From assembly GCA_965649765.1 (NCBI GenBank), contig OZ287751.1, positions 73,532,001 through 73,596,000 on the forward strand: a stretch of 64,000 bases of DNA, written 5' to 3'. The notes beneath the pieces were generated by a model that did no database searches, had not been told where the DNA came from, and worked only from the letters and a program-made list of their open reading frames with translations. Position 1 is the stretch's first letter. Every line of letters begins with the position of its first letter. Of this stretch, positions 26,901 to 41,900 are shown in pieces. The translations under genes and the position numbers were made by a program. This DNA comes from Bispira polyomma. Its lineage: Eukaryota.

Positions 26901-29900
26901 CCAAGTTTTTTAATCACACAAGCATGCAACTACATCTCAGAACATACAGAATAAGTAAAAATAAAATGTAAATGGCGATCTGCCTGTTTAATCTGTTTGT
27001 GTAAAATTAACCAATAATCCCGTTTTCTAGACCCTAACAGTGATGTGAGCAAATTCATACCTGGCTCCACTTCCTGTACAAAAGCATGCTCCTCAGCTCC
27101 AGAAGGAGACACAACACGAGCATCCAGCTTGCCTTGAGCACCATTGAAATCAATGGTAAACTGGGCTGGTTTGTTGATCTGTGAAATATAACAAACGTCA
27201 CTAGGTTTATTTGAAGCATTCATGTAGCGCCTTATTGATACTATATCTTCTAAGGTGCTTGTTATCCAAGAAGGGATAAAGTCCGGAAATATAGCATTAG
27301 TCCTCATTAGTAGGCAATGGTATGTTCACATCTTGCCCAAGGATGTTATCCTCACAGTAACCATTATGGCATGACCAGGAGTCAAACCTGGAACGTTCTG
27401 ATCATCAGACCAACTCGCTAAACCCTAGAGCCCACCTATTTATTGCAATGTAGTTCCGGTTCATAAACATTGGAAGAAATTTGCACTTTCATTTAATGCA
27501 ACTTCCATGTCTTATCTGGTGCTACAGTTGTACAGGCAAATACAATACACTGTGCACATGGCCAAAGGCCACTGGGATGGCCTAGTTTAAACAATGTCTT
27601 ACTACTGGAGAACCTCTATTATCTGAATATTCAATTTTATGAACCCATGTCCACTCTCCCAATGTTTTGCCATTGGATTCATACAGAAACACCTCATTTA
27701 TTTGATAACCCTTTCTATTACCCAAACAAATTCGTCCCTCTCCTAACATGTTCAACATGTTTAACATGTAGGTTCTGTGCTATTAGTTACCTGTGTATAT
27801 GATGTACACTCACCTGTAGGTTCTGTACTGTTAGTTACCTGTGTATATGATGTACACTCACCTGTAGGTTCTGTACTGTTAGTTACCTGTGTATATGATG
27901 TACACTCACCTGTAGGTTCTGTACTGTTAGTTACCTGTGTATATGATATACACTCACCTGTAGGTTCTGTACTGTTAGTTACCTGTGTATATGATGTACA
28001 CTCACCTGTAGGTTTTGTACTATTAGTTACCTGTGTATAGGATGTACATTCACCTGTAGGTTGTAATCCTGTAGGTTCTCTACTATTAGTTACCTGTGTA
28101 TATGATGTACACTTACCTGTAGGTTGTAATTCTGTAGGTTCTGTAATGTTAGTTACCTGTCTATAGGATGTAGACTCACCTGTAGGTTGTAATCCTGTAG
28201 GTTCTGTACTATTAGTTACTGTGTATATGATCTACACTCACCTGTAGGTTGTAATTCTGTAGGTTCTGTAATGTTAGTTACCTGTGTATATGATCTACAC
28301 TAACCTGTAGGTTGTAATCCTGTAGGTTCTGTAATGTTAGTTACTTGTGTATAGGATGTAGACTCACCTGTAGGTTGTAATCCTGTAGGTTCTGTACTGT
28401 TAGTTTCTTAGTATCCCCAGTAGATGGAGACACATACACCTTAAATGGAGAGTCCGGGATGTGCTGGTCATTGAACTTCACAGACACCAAGTATTCACCT
28501 GTGTACACAGATTGGAACCATGTTATACAAAACACAAGTGTGTATCTAACTCTTATGCTATTTCAGCCTATACATTAACTCGCCGCAAATTTCCGTTAAC
28601 AACATTGAAATTTTCACAATTTCAATTAATTTCTATATCAATATGCAAACGATTATTTAATGATAAATCTTATGATGATAAATTGTCTGAATTGTCAGTA
28701 ATATTGTCTACTAGGGAACGGAAACGTCACCTGCCTTAAAATGTTCAATACACCAAAATAAGATTGCACCACCAAAGTAAACTAAAATCACATCAAAGCC
28801 CGAGTCATACTGAGAAAATAAAGAATTCCAAAATTGGCAAAAGTAGAATTAATATCAAACCGATAATGGGTAATTTAGAAAATACTAAAACAGACGCTCT
28901 ATATAATTTAAGCAAGGTTGTCTTCTAGTGGTGATTGAAAGATGGATTATCAGTATCTGTCTAATATTAGACCAGATGCCTGTGCTTTAATTGTCAACTA
29001 TGCATGATGGGACTTCAAATGTAGATTTTTTTATGTTTTCCTGCTATACATACCAGGTTCAGTACAGGTATAGTTCACTCCACATGAACCGTCTTTCCTG
29101 TCCTGGAAGTCTATGTCCGCCTTGGAGGGTCCTTCACAGGCAATAGACAAACCCCCAGCACCGGCCTCACGCGTGTAGATGTTAAAGTGACCTGGTAACA
29201 CAACAGGTATATTGTAAATAGGTCACCACAAAATGACATCATAGAAAAACAGGAGATTTGATCATACTGTGAACACAAACTTACCATGTAAGAATAGATT
29301 TTATACTCTAGAATCAACAACTTTCACATATAATATTTTATTACACTTACAAAAGTTCTATTTTACATTGTTCTCTCGACCACTGGGTTATACCTAGTTT
29401 AAACTGAGTGTTCACATATTTGTGGCTCCCACTGACAATATGATCTGCAAGGGCCAATATCTAAAGACATTCAAAGGCTGTCTTTCTTTAAATTTCTCAG
29501 TATTTAATCATTAAATTCATATAATTTAAACTACTCAATGATCTTGCCTGCACTAAAATACTCACAGCCAATAAAATTGGTTTTAAACTACATAATGAAA
29601 ACACAAACACAAAAATTCAGAACCTAGGCATATTTTCAATTCAACCCCTGTACTTAAATGACCTAGCCAATCCGATTGGTTTATAGAATTTAAACTAGCC
29701 AATGACATTTGTCAAAACAAATATTCAAGATCAAGGCATATTTTTAATCCAACCCCTGCACTAAATACCCAGCCAATCAGATTGGTTCATAGAATTTCAA
29801 CTACCCAATGAAATTTGTCAATACAAAACAAGGATATTTTTAATAGAACCCCATACTAAAATGACCCAGCCAATCAGATTGGTTCATAGAATTTCAACTA

Positions 29901-32900
29901 GGCAGTGAAAATTCTCCATGTGTTCTCTAAAACTCCCAGCCAATCAGATTAGTTCATAGAATTCAAACTAACCAATGACAATTCTTAATATATTGTATTT
30001 TCTAATATACTCACATGGCTTGTCCACTTCGCCTCTTTCCAGGCCTGGTCCAATGGCTCTGACCTTGTGAGCCCCACCATCAGTGATGGGCCCGACTGTG
30101 AACTGGAAGGGACTGCCTGGGATGTGCATGCCCCTGTGTTTGACACTCACTGTGTGCACTCCCATCTCCTTAGGCACAAATTTGATGCTATAGTGACAGT
30201 TGTCAATCTCCTGTATGTCACAAAGCTCAGTCACACCACTGGGACTGGTCACATGGGCCTCCATTTCTTGTACTCGGGTGCCTGAGTGGAAAAACGCAAA
30301 TAAAAGTTCTGACTAAGAAGAAAGTGATCAAAATGGGGAACTTTTAACTGCCTAAAGGCCATATACAGTTTGATATTGTCAAATTTAAAAACTTTTGATA
30401 TTTTTTCTCAAACCTTTCTCAGCAGGTTCTAAACACTCTTGTAGGACAAATAATAAGGGATAGGAAAAATCCAACAAGCATTTTGTAATTGTTACAGTAG
30501 ATATGCTTAATCAGTACATACGCTTAATCACTGATTTGGTCAGTCAATAGGCGATTTCCTGAAATTTTGATTAAATACGAGTGAATAAATGTCTAGCTTT
30601 GCCTTCAAGTTGAAATATTATTTGAATGCTTCCTTTTATCGATTCCTAAGCTATTAAATCAAGTGACATGCGATGTTCTAGAGCATTCATCAACATGTCC
30701 ATACAAAGCTTTAAACACAATCTCCTACAACTTATCCCAAATTAAATTTTTTCTGAGATTTTTTTAAAGCCCTTTTAAATATTACACTTAAACCGCTTTA
30801 AGTCAAACCCCTAAGGACCAGGATGAATATGTCTACTAAAGCAGGATTTCTCCTAACACGGTAGTCAAACAAAACGACTTTGTGGAACAGAGACATTAAG
30901 TAAACAGAATTTTACTTAAAGGAGTTTAACTCTATTTTCTTGATGTCGCAATCAATGTATTTTTTAAATATGGACTTTTAGGGAACATGTGAAGTATACC
31001 TCGTTATACAGACCTGGTATCTTTAAGCTCAGTTCACACTGAATACACCCAGTAATACACACCTGGTATCTTTAAGCTCAGTTCACACTAAACACATACA
31101 GTAATACAGACCTGGTATCTTTAAGCCAAGTTCACACTGAATACACCCAGTTGTACACACCTGGTATCTTTAAGCTCAGTTCACACTGGCTGCCCACTTG
31201 GGTGACATCTGCCGCTTCACGCTGTCTCATAATTCTCTCTGTCAGACGACCTGATGGCTCGCCACCGATCTTAACCAAGTAGGGACTGCCTAAAAAGTCA
31301 AGGGGAAATAAAGGTCAAACATTGACTGTACATGAGCTGAATTTAACATCACTATCAACAACTATTTATGATGGAGCAACAGGCACTTTATCGATAGAGG
31401 ACAGAAGAATAGGGTAATTGGATAAGATTTCTGAACTGCAAACTCAGCAAAGTCTACCACCTACTACTTCCCCACATATATTCCATGGCCAATAATCAAA
31501 ACCACAAAAATAAGAGTAAGAGGTAAGAAAGTTAGCTCTATATCACAGAGGCACCCCTGTACTAGATAGCACAGTGATGCAATAAGCTAAACACAAGTCT
31601 CAAGCACTAACTCAATGAAACTACACAGCAAATAATTTCAAGTCAACTTCTGTCCAGGAATTATTGTTTAACAGTCTTGTTAATACCAGTAATGTAAGGC
31701 TTATCGGTTAGAACTTTCAGCATTATACAAAATTTCCTATTTTTTTTACCATTATTTTAACCATCTACAAAGGTTGAAATTTACTCCAATAAATTAAATT
31801 AGACTAGTTCAGTAGTCAAATTGAAATGCTAGTCAAATCGAAATGCTACATGCTATACTGTCTATACCTGGAACATGTTCATCAGCAAACTTCACGTTGA
31901 CGATGTAGTTTCCTGGTTCGGTGGGTTTGTAGGTGACTCTACAGGATCCATCCTCGTTGTCATGACACTCAATGTCAGCCTTACTAGGGCCTTCAATGGA
32001 GAGGCTAAGACCACCGTAACCTAGCAACACACAGTAACCTTAGTACATCTGTCTCTTATACAGTACACAGTTTAGGACAATGTCAGCCTAACTGGGGCCT
32101 TCAACAGATGAACTCAGACCACAGTAACCCATAGTACAACATACATACATGGTAACCTTAGTGAACCAAACACACCATCCTTCTATCATAGTATATAGGT
32201 CATTGATGCACATAATGCTGGCAACTACATCCATACACAAACATGTAACAATTCATTTATAATACTAGTGTCTCAGTTTTAATGTGACCCGATTCCTGGG
32301 ATGTTCAAACTGTTTATTAAAAATTTATTGTAAACTAGAAACTTTTACATCGTTCAGCGTACACTTATATCTGTACACGGTAGCACACCACTACTATTAT
32401 TAGGCTTAAATTTTTGCTTCAGGCAATTTGATTGGCTGAAATATTGTTTTAAATAATCTGATTGGCTAAGATTAGGAAAACACTATTACATAAAGAATTT
32501 AGCCTGGACATGAGGAGTTTGTATGTTTGTATGAAGTTCTCTCACCTGCATCCTTGGTGTTGACACTGAATTCATTGAGTTCATTTGCCATGCCTTCAAC
32601 CAGGCCCTTTCCACTGACCTTCACCTTCGAGGCATTACCAATCTCGCTCTCACCGACATAGATCTTGAATGGGGAGTTAGGGATGTGACAACCATTTCTG
32701 AACACGTTAACCAGATGTTCTCCGACCTCGTGTGGGGTGAATGAGATTCCTGGGTTAAATAGAGGTGAAATAGAGGTTAAAAACAGGTCATATGAGACGC
32801 TTGGGTAAATATAGGTAAAACAAGTACTGAAGTTCAATTGATAGGATGGTCAAATAAGATGCTTGGGGAAATTGTAGGTAAAGCATAAACTAAAAGAAAT

Positions 32901-35900
32901 CTGAGACGCTTTGGTTTTATATATGAAAAAACAAACTGAATGTTCCATATCCTCATCTTTAAAATATGAATAAAGTGGACATTTTTTTCAGATAATAGCA
33001 GTTTACCTAGATGTCCGTTGGCCAGTCTCTTGAGTACACAGTGTTCCTCTACTCCAGATGGAGACTTGATGGTAGAGGTCAGGTTACTGATGTCTGCCTC
33101 CGTAACCTTCAGAGAAATCTCAGAACTTGTCCCCACAGACACCTGCGCCCTCTGGCGGTCACTGCTTGGTGCTAAACGGAGAATTAGGTCAACATACAAT
33201 GTGATTTTATACATATAGAATCAGGTAAACATTTAGATATTTATACATGTCTATATAATCAATTAAATAGATGTAGTACATATTTACTGAAAAATCGCTC
33301 TAAAAAGCCCATTTTTTTTGTAAGAGCAAACCCCTAATTTTATACACACAGTTAAAATTTTAATTGATAAAAGCACCTGGTTATAACAGCCCATCTCTTA
33401 TTTTGTCTAAGTAAACAGCCCATGGGCTTTATGAAGAGAGTTTAGATTATACTCTAGCATGTTCAGACAGCATCAAAGTTATTTCACTGGCCAACTTCAT
33501 GTGACACAATGGCGTAATATTTTCTAATATGGAGATTTATGCGACTATTTTGCCTTAGTTACCTAGATTCCAGTTATTTTTTGCCAGTTTTGATTGATTT
33601 GGCTTAAATTTTATGGATGGCAAATTTTAAGATTCTTTACTCGCAATCTATTTTAAACAAAGCTATTTATGCAAGTATAACACTGGCCTTTGAGCAACTT
33701 ACAAGGACTGGTGATCTTGGCTGTGTATGGGGATCCAGTGATGAACTTGTCTGCAAACTTGATGACAATACTGTACTCTCCTGGCATGGTTGGCATGTAG
33801 GTCACAGAACAGGTGCCGTCTTTGTTGTCTACACAGTTGATCTCAGCTTTAGAGGGACCTTCTACAGCCAGGGACAGGCCACCTGGGGGGATAGAGGGTG
33901 TGGTGTAATAAATAATGTATAGACAGTTGTTCTCAGCCTTAAAAGGGCCTTCTACAGCCAGAGACAGGGATATAATAGGCATTCAGAGACCCATGGATCA
34001 TTCAACACATCTCAGATGTGATGTAACAAACTAGTTAGATCGGATAATCTGTCTCTTTTAGCGAGATTCCTTGATGCTATTCAACGGCAATGCAGGCAGC
34101 TCTGTCGCCAATCGCCATTCCATCAATAAACAACAGACGTCAATTGGAGGCAGAACACTTGGTCCAACCTCCAGTAAACCACAGTCTCTAGCCAAATTTT
34201 CATTTATTTTCCCTCACAGAAGTGCATACTAAACCTCAGACAATTGCTACCCCACTCCTGGGCGGTTGGACACAATACGGCACTGGCGGAACCATTCTTT
34301 AAGTTCTAAGCAAATATTCAATAAAATTATTTTTCTGTAAAACAAACCAGGAAGTATAACAATTAATCTGTCAGGACAGATACTCCTTAAAGTTATAGCG
34401 TCAGTGACCACAGAGATATCAAAATTTAATCTATTCACCCAAAAACTTTTAATTTCACTCGTGTACGATTGGTTTGTTTGTCACTAGGATTACACAAACA
34501 TTCTGTACAGTGTAAATGAATTTTGCAAAAGATCCAAGTAGATGGGTGAATCAATTAAGTAGTTGTGTTTTCTTAACTTTTTTGCATTGTGACACCTTGG
34601 CGGCGGTATGAAATCTACTGAGTGCCCTTTTTAGCTGATTAGATATCACCACCTAATTAAATAGGATCCCCTAACCTGGACGCATTAGTTACCAAACTTC
34701 ATCAAAAACAAACATACCTGCTCCTGCATCCTTGGTGACAATAGTGAACTCGGTGGGGTGCCCAGCTACACCGTGACTCAGACCTGGACCATAGGCGTAC
34801 ACCTTCCCAGGGGTGGGGGTGTCTACATAGAACTACAATAGAGAGACAGGGAGTTAATGAAGTACACAAACTACTAAGACCTTGGACATACCTTTAATAT
34901 ACACTAAAACCTGACATGTTTCACTGTTACACATTTATCGATCCTATTGTTTTAAACTAAAATGTCTATACTCTGTTCCAATGTTTTTAGTGATGGTCAC
35001 TCTGTCACAAAGGTTTTCAGTGATGGTCACTCTGTCACAAGGGTTTTCGGTGATGGTTATACGGTCCCCAAGTCTCAAGGACTTGACCATTGAGTCCAAC
35101 AAGAAAACTTTTGGTTTAACTTCGATGTTCATAATCCTATTTAGACTTAAATATACTGGTATATCAGAGGCAGATCTAGGGACCTAGAAGACACACCCCC
35201 AAATCTTCTTTAACACATTTCCTGTTTAAATCAATAAGCACATTTGTAATTCTCACCTGGAAGGGGCTTCCACTGATGGGTTCATTATTGTAGGCCACAT
35301 CTAGTTTGTGGAGTCCAATCTCTGAAGGCTTGTAACGGATGGTCACTGTACCGTCTTTGTTATCGTCCACCTTGGGGTAGTGCTTCTTTCCAGAAGGAGT
35401 GGTCACCACCACTGTGTATACGGAGGGAGAACAAGTATAGACTTCGAGCACATCAGGGTATCCATGGTAAACTAAACTTAAGCTAGAACTCATTTGATTG
35501 ATTATTGGGGTTTAACGTCGCTTTTAACACATTGTATAGGTCACATCATGATGGGCATTATTACTGGTGGGGGAAAGCAGTGTATACCAGTTGGTCAAGA
35601 TTCTGCACTGTAAACCTTGAAAGAGGCTTGCCTGGGATTCGAACCGGGGCTTTTGCGGATCTTGAGATTAATAGTCGCATGCACTAACAGTTGAGCTAAA
35701 GGGGAAACCCTCAGAAGCCCCAGCCTTTAACGCACTGAGATACACTGATATTAAAAAAACCCTAAATCTGTTGTATTCAATTAGTAGACCTACTACCTGG
35801 GTCTGTAGTGGTGATCTTTAAATTACAGCAGAACCTTTATTATCCAAACTTCCATTGTCCAAATATTTAATTTTGATTAACTTAATTTCACTGTCCCAAA

Positions 35901-38900
35901 TTTGCATTTAGGTATTGATTCATAGTAAAATGCCTCTTCTATTTTATGAACATTCTATTACCTCAACAGATTGTTACTCTAAGGTATTTGGCTAATAAGA
36001 TATTTCTACAGTTCAAAATCAAACTGTAATTCATTTTCTCAATGTGGAAATATCCAATGGTTGTTGAGGTTGTATTCCAATAGTATAGCTTTTAATGTTG
36101 ACCTGGACTATGGACTAAGATTGCCTGTTTTTACTGTTGGCAGAAATTATATAGCGAGACCAAAGGGCTTGTATTTATCAAAGTTGTCAATTTCACAATA
36201 ATCTCAAAATATGTCCAGCTATATCTTTGTTTACAAGCGAGATGTCTAATAACAGACTACATACTGGAGTTCTTAACTGAAAGCTCTATGAAAATGAATG
36301 GTTATTGTATGCCTTGGGTATTGTGTGGGAGTTTATACCTTTGCAGAATTGGATTTCATCCCTACTCTTTAGTCTGGTACACGTATTACGCTGCTGGTTA
36401 CCCACAGTCCGACTTAACTGCTACCCCTACCCTCATTCCATCCCCCCCCACCCACCCCGCCCCACACACACACACTTACCTGAGACAAAACCGTCACTCC
36501 TCACCCCCCACACTTACCTGAGACAAAGCTGAAGATGGGTCCCACAGGTATACAGAAATCTACTGGTTCCAGTAAGTCAGAGGACACGGGTGCGCTCCTT
36601 ACTGAGTCCACTTGATCTGGCATAATCATGTCCTCCCCAGCCTGGAGAGAGAAACATGGCACAGGTTATAATACAGTAGTAATACAGCCTCTAGTACACA
36701 AACACTGTGTGAACAGAGAAGATAGGTCAAGTATAAAATAAGAAAATAAGAGAGAAATAGTCAAATTGGGGAGAGGGCAGAAAAACAAGTTCCTAAAATG
36801 TAATACAGTAGACTCTATAGGAGTGTTCATAGGATTTGGTTCTACTTATGGTCAACTTGTACTTATACCTAATTTTTTTTTTTTTTTATTAAAAACTAGT
36901 ATTTTTGAATATGGGAACAAGTTAAAATTGGTTCTAGTTACACAGAAAGTTGAATTATTATACTGGTTCTACATTACAGAGAGTCAACTGTATTGACGTG
37001 ATAAAGAGGTTTGGATATAAGAGGGACTAGAAAGTGGGTCTCATTCAAAATGTAAACACTAAATGTATACACTCCTCCTGTTGGTAAATATCAATGGAGG
37101 ACTGATCCTAATAGAAAAAGGGAAACCAAACAAAAAGGCATATAAAATGTTAATTGATAAGGTTGTGATGAAAAGTAAACAGGACCAGGTAACTATGAGC
37201 ATGTTTGTCTTTGTTGGTCAGTGCATCCAAAGCATAAGAATCAGGGTTGGAACCACAAGGATGTGCTCCTCTGAGTTTAAAATTGCTTCTTTTAACTATC
37301 CTCTTGAGCACGATTTCAAAGATGGCGGCCAATATCCGCATCAAAAATTAGAAATCAATTTTAAATGGTTTATTAATTTTTTAATGTTTTATTTGGAAAA
37401 TTAGACATTTAGAGCACCATCCATTTTCACCTCTTTGTTTACTATATCAGTCAGTGCAAACTTTATCTGCGGAGCACTGGATGCACAAAGCCAAACACGC
37501 TCTATAAGACTGCGCCCCACTCTAATCCATATATTCACATGTTTAGAATATACCTTATCTCAAAAAACTGAACTCTCTACTCTCTCTAAACAAAAAAACC
37601 TAAAGGTGAATGTTAAAACTCCACTGCTTTTAATGACATCATACTAACTTTTTATTTTAGTGTATTATCCTTAAAATTGTTGGGTTTTTAATGTCAGTTT
37701 TTTACAAATTACCCATTATAGTAAAAAATTAAAACTAGAAAATCTGTCAATTGACTTAAAGAGCAATGAATCTATTATTAAACATTGAAATACTTTTCTA
37801 ACTTTTGTCACTATAGCTACAATATACACTACTGCCCAGGTCACTCTAACATGTTATCACCCAAAACGTAAGGTTACTATACTACAAGCTACAAAACAGC
37901 AAAGTCCTAAAAACAACTGGAGATTTAGCTATTAAAACATGTACTGAAACTAGAAAACTACCATTAATAGAGTTATACACAATATGTAAGTAATTATATC
38001 AACTATATTAGTAACAAAAAAAAACACATAAAAACTAAATCTGCTGTCTCTAAAACAGGAAAAAAACACAAAAATATCCAGGGACCTCTATTTAGCACAG
38101 GTTTCAAACTTAAACTCACAATTATCTCAAAACAACTGCTGTATCTGTATGAAAAATAGATATCTAAAATGTGACTACATATTTGAGTTCCTCCCTGTAA
38201 GTTCTGTTAAAATGAATCGTAACATGTCTTGGTTCTTCCCATTAATAAGGAAATTGATACATGTTGTTTATGAGTTTAAGCATGAGTTTAAGACCACTGA
38301 TCAATACAAACCCTGTAAACATACGGTCAATCTTCCACAAAGCCACTTCTTGGCAAGAAATTATCAAAATTTCATGTGGGGACAGAAACGAATATATATG
38401 TTGTGACAGAAATGTCAAACATGACAAGATATGACATTCTGTTGACAGAAACTCCAATCCTAGTTGATTTAACAATCACACGCATATTTAACTTAACGGG
38501 TGTTGGATTACTTCAAGTAAAATTTTAGATTACTTCTGTAAGTAATTAACACTACACTGACATGAAATTTTGTCATGTTTACCAATGGATTGTAGTACCT
38601 ATTATTATTTGTTGTCTCATTTCTCCTTTTTTTAAACTGACAATTGTATATCTCTGTCCAGTGACTGAAGTAAAATACTAATTTGGGGCTGGCGACTGCT
38701 TGCCGAGAAACAAAGTTCCTGCGAATAACAAACACTGTCGACTGCTAGGCCACAATGTTGTTGTTAAAGTTTATCTAGCTGAACACACACACCCTGGCAT
38801 GACAACCAATTACAATTTAACTATGTTTTAACTTCTGAAGCAATATTAATGATACCCTTTGCTGATTTATCTTGGGGTACAGTAATTTAGATGATTTCTC

Positions 38901-41900
38901 TTGGGGTACAGTAATTAAGATGATTTCTCTTAGGGTACAGAAATTAAGATGCAAATTATCATGAAATAGAGAGTCACTGTTAGCTGAGAAAACAGTGATG
39001 TATTATGAAAATCTGGCTGGACATTTGTGCACATTGGTACATCCAATGGACTGTGCTGCTCTATACTATTGCTGGAACTGATGAATAATTTAGTGCAGAC
39101 TGCATAGGAAGTAAACACCTAGAGATATACTCAAAATGCCAATCAGGCCTGGTGTAATCAGTGGGTCATATACAGAAAATATGAACTTAAGCTGAATATA
39201 CAGTAGAAATGGTTTACACAAAAAAGTTTCTGCACTTCGCAAATATATAATATACTAGGTGCAGCTATATTTGTTTTATGTGCAAAATTTCAACATGATA
39301 GAGAAATTAGAATATTATTGATTTATTCAGCTTGAAGACCAGACACAGAAAACTATCACTGTTGAGTTGAATTAGAACAAAAGTTAAGTTGGGTGTTTTT
39401 TTCATTTTGTGCTGGTAGATTAGACAGCAAATTAGACAGAAACTTACACAATAGAATTAAAGAAGTATAAAACACATACTTTACACTGATTTTCTATATA
39501 ATTATCTTAGTATGAACAGACTTATGCATATGTGTAGGGCTAGATATAATGAAGTAATCACAGAAATTATATATGTACCATAATTATTCATATAAAATTC
39601 CAGGGCGTTGTATTTTTCCAAAGATTGAGAATTTGACTGCAGTGGATGACAATTAAAGTAAAGTTGCATTTCACAACACAAATACACTGTAATCAAATCA
39701 CCTACCTTATGTTAGTTTTATTATTTAAGATTCCGGTTACTAAGTAGGCTAATACTAGCACTGCTTTTCCAACAAAATTCCACATATATATTAACTAAAA
39801 TACTTTTTTTAAACAAACTTAAATCTGCAACAGACATTAAAATTTTTCTCTATGATATTATAAACTAGTAAAAAAAGTTAATTAAATCTATAACTGAAAC
39901 AAACTACAAAAAAAGAAAATAATAATAAAACCTGTTATTAACAAGTATTACAAATATTAAGACACACACAAAATAAGAAAAACTGCACAAATCTTGGAAT
40001 AATATATAAACACACAAAGAGACATAGAGATCATTATCAAACAAATTCATGAAATACACCAATTTCAACAACAAAAAGTAGAGAAATCAATAGTAAAAAC
40101 ATCAAAAAGAAAAAGTTTTATTTCACAATTAAATACACCTATATAACAACCACATTAAGATTAGTTAATAAAGAAAGAACACAGATGTGCTAGTAGTGTG
40201 CGTACATAAAAAACCCTGTAAAAAGTGCATGTTTGTGCATCCTTTGCTTGTATTAAAGTCTCAAAGAGGAAACTCTACAATGAGCAGTAATACTAGTAGT
40301 AGTAGTAGTAAGTAGTAATATAAGGGGCAGCGTGTGATGTCGTGTATGTATATATACCAGTTTTTCTGCCAATCGTTCCTCTTCCAAGATCCTAAGGTAT
40401 TCTTCAGGGACTACTGCCTGTGTGGATGTATATATAGAGACACACACTCAGAAATACATGCAAGCAACAACTCTCTTATTAATAAATCACTATACCACCA
40501 AAAACCCTCCGCAATTAGGTCCCTAGTATGTCTGCTAACAAGCAACGACTCAACGATCCACAGCAAAACCCTAAGCAATTAGGTCCCTAGTATATCTTAC
40601 CTATGAAGCCACCTAACAAGCAACAACTCAATGATCCGCAACAAAACCCACCGCAATTAAGTTGCTAGTATGTCTTAACTTGAGAGCCAGCTAACAGGCA
40701 ACAACTCAACGATCCCTATTCAAAACCCTCCACAATTAGGTCCCTAGTATGTCTTAAACTGAGAGCCAGCTAACAGGCAACAACTCAACGATGCCTATTT
40801 AAAACCCTCCGCAATTAGGTCCCTAGTATGTCCTAATTATGAAGTCACCAAACAATTAACGAATCAACGATCCACAACAAAACCCTCCACAAGTAGGTCC
40901 CCAGTATCCAATACACACCAAAACCGCTGCACTTAGGTCCCTAGTAAGTCTCACCTTGTAAGCAACCTAACAAGCAATGGTTCTCTTAGCTATCACTACC
41001 ACTAAACCCCTCTTTACTAAATCCCCATTACATCCTAACTCGGATGAAATGATGACTCTTTTAATCAGGACATCAGTAAGTATGCTTTACTTTATTTTCA
41101 CTTCCAGATTTCAAATGTTGATTATAAATTATTCTCAGAAAGCTTAATCATGATCCCTTGTAGTAATTTGCAATAAACCCAAAGCACTGGTGCTTAAAAA
41201 TAAGGAAGTGTGCATGTGACATGCAACAGCAAAATGTACAACTGATCAGCCAATAAAGGCATAAAAATATAACAAAATTATTGGAAGTTGAGTTGTTGAG
41301 GCCTTGACATACCATATAGAGAGTAAGAATTCTTTTCTTCAGTGCCTCAGGGTCAAACTTAGTTTTTAGCTGGCTGGGTGACATTACTGGACTTGCAACA
41401 TCTCTATTAGCCCCAGAAAACCCTGGCTCGCTAATATTGGTTTGTTGAGTGTAACTGGTTTCCCTTTTTGCGTAATTCTTCGGCCGTATTGGTGCTAGCC
41501 GTTCCTCCCACAGTTTATAGTATGCATGAAACGGGCTGGAGGGGTCTTTACTATCAGGGCTTTTGATTGGACTCCTTAAGTTGTTCAATGGACTTTTAAA
41601 ACGATTGTCTATTTCTGATCCCCAATCGGCTGAAATTTTGTCAGGACTCTTTATGCCATTTACTGGACTTTTTATGCTGTAAACAGGGCTTTTTAAACCA
41701 CTGTTTTGTGGAAGTGTGCTTGAGCCATGGGCCCCTGACAGTGGATTATCTTTGTGCTGGTTTCTGCTATAGGTGGTCTGTATTCCACTCAAACCTTTAT
41801 TTCCGCCATAAGTACTACTGGATCCGGTTGTATATTTGGAATCACTCTTCTCTGGACTTTTGCCAAAACTGGTCCTGATGTTACTTAATCCTGTGGGAAT

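Noticed and set aside
33921-33968. Echoes as mutually exclusive duplicate exons
   Set aside because: Copies are only partial exons, several contain stops or indels, and they lack the second splice site.
41148-41312. Hydrophobic Cys-rich C-terminal 54 aa of the 903-aa ORF as a membrane anchor
   Set aside because: It begins right after a phase-0 GT donor and has T-rich intron composition; most likely intron read-through.
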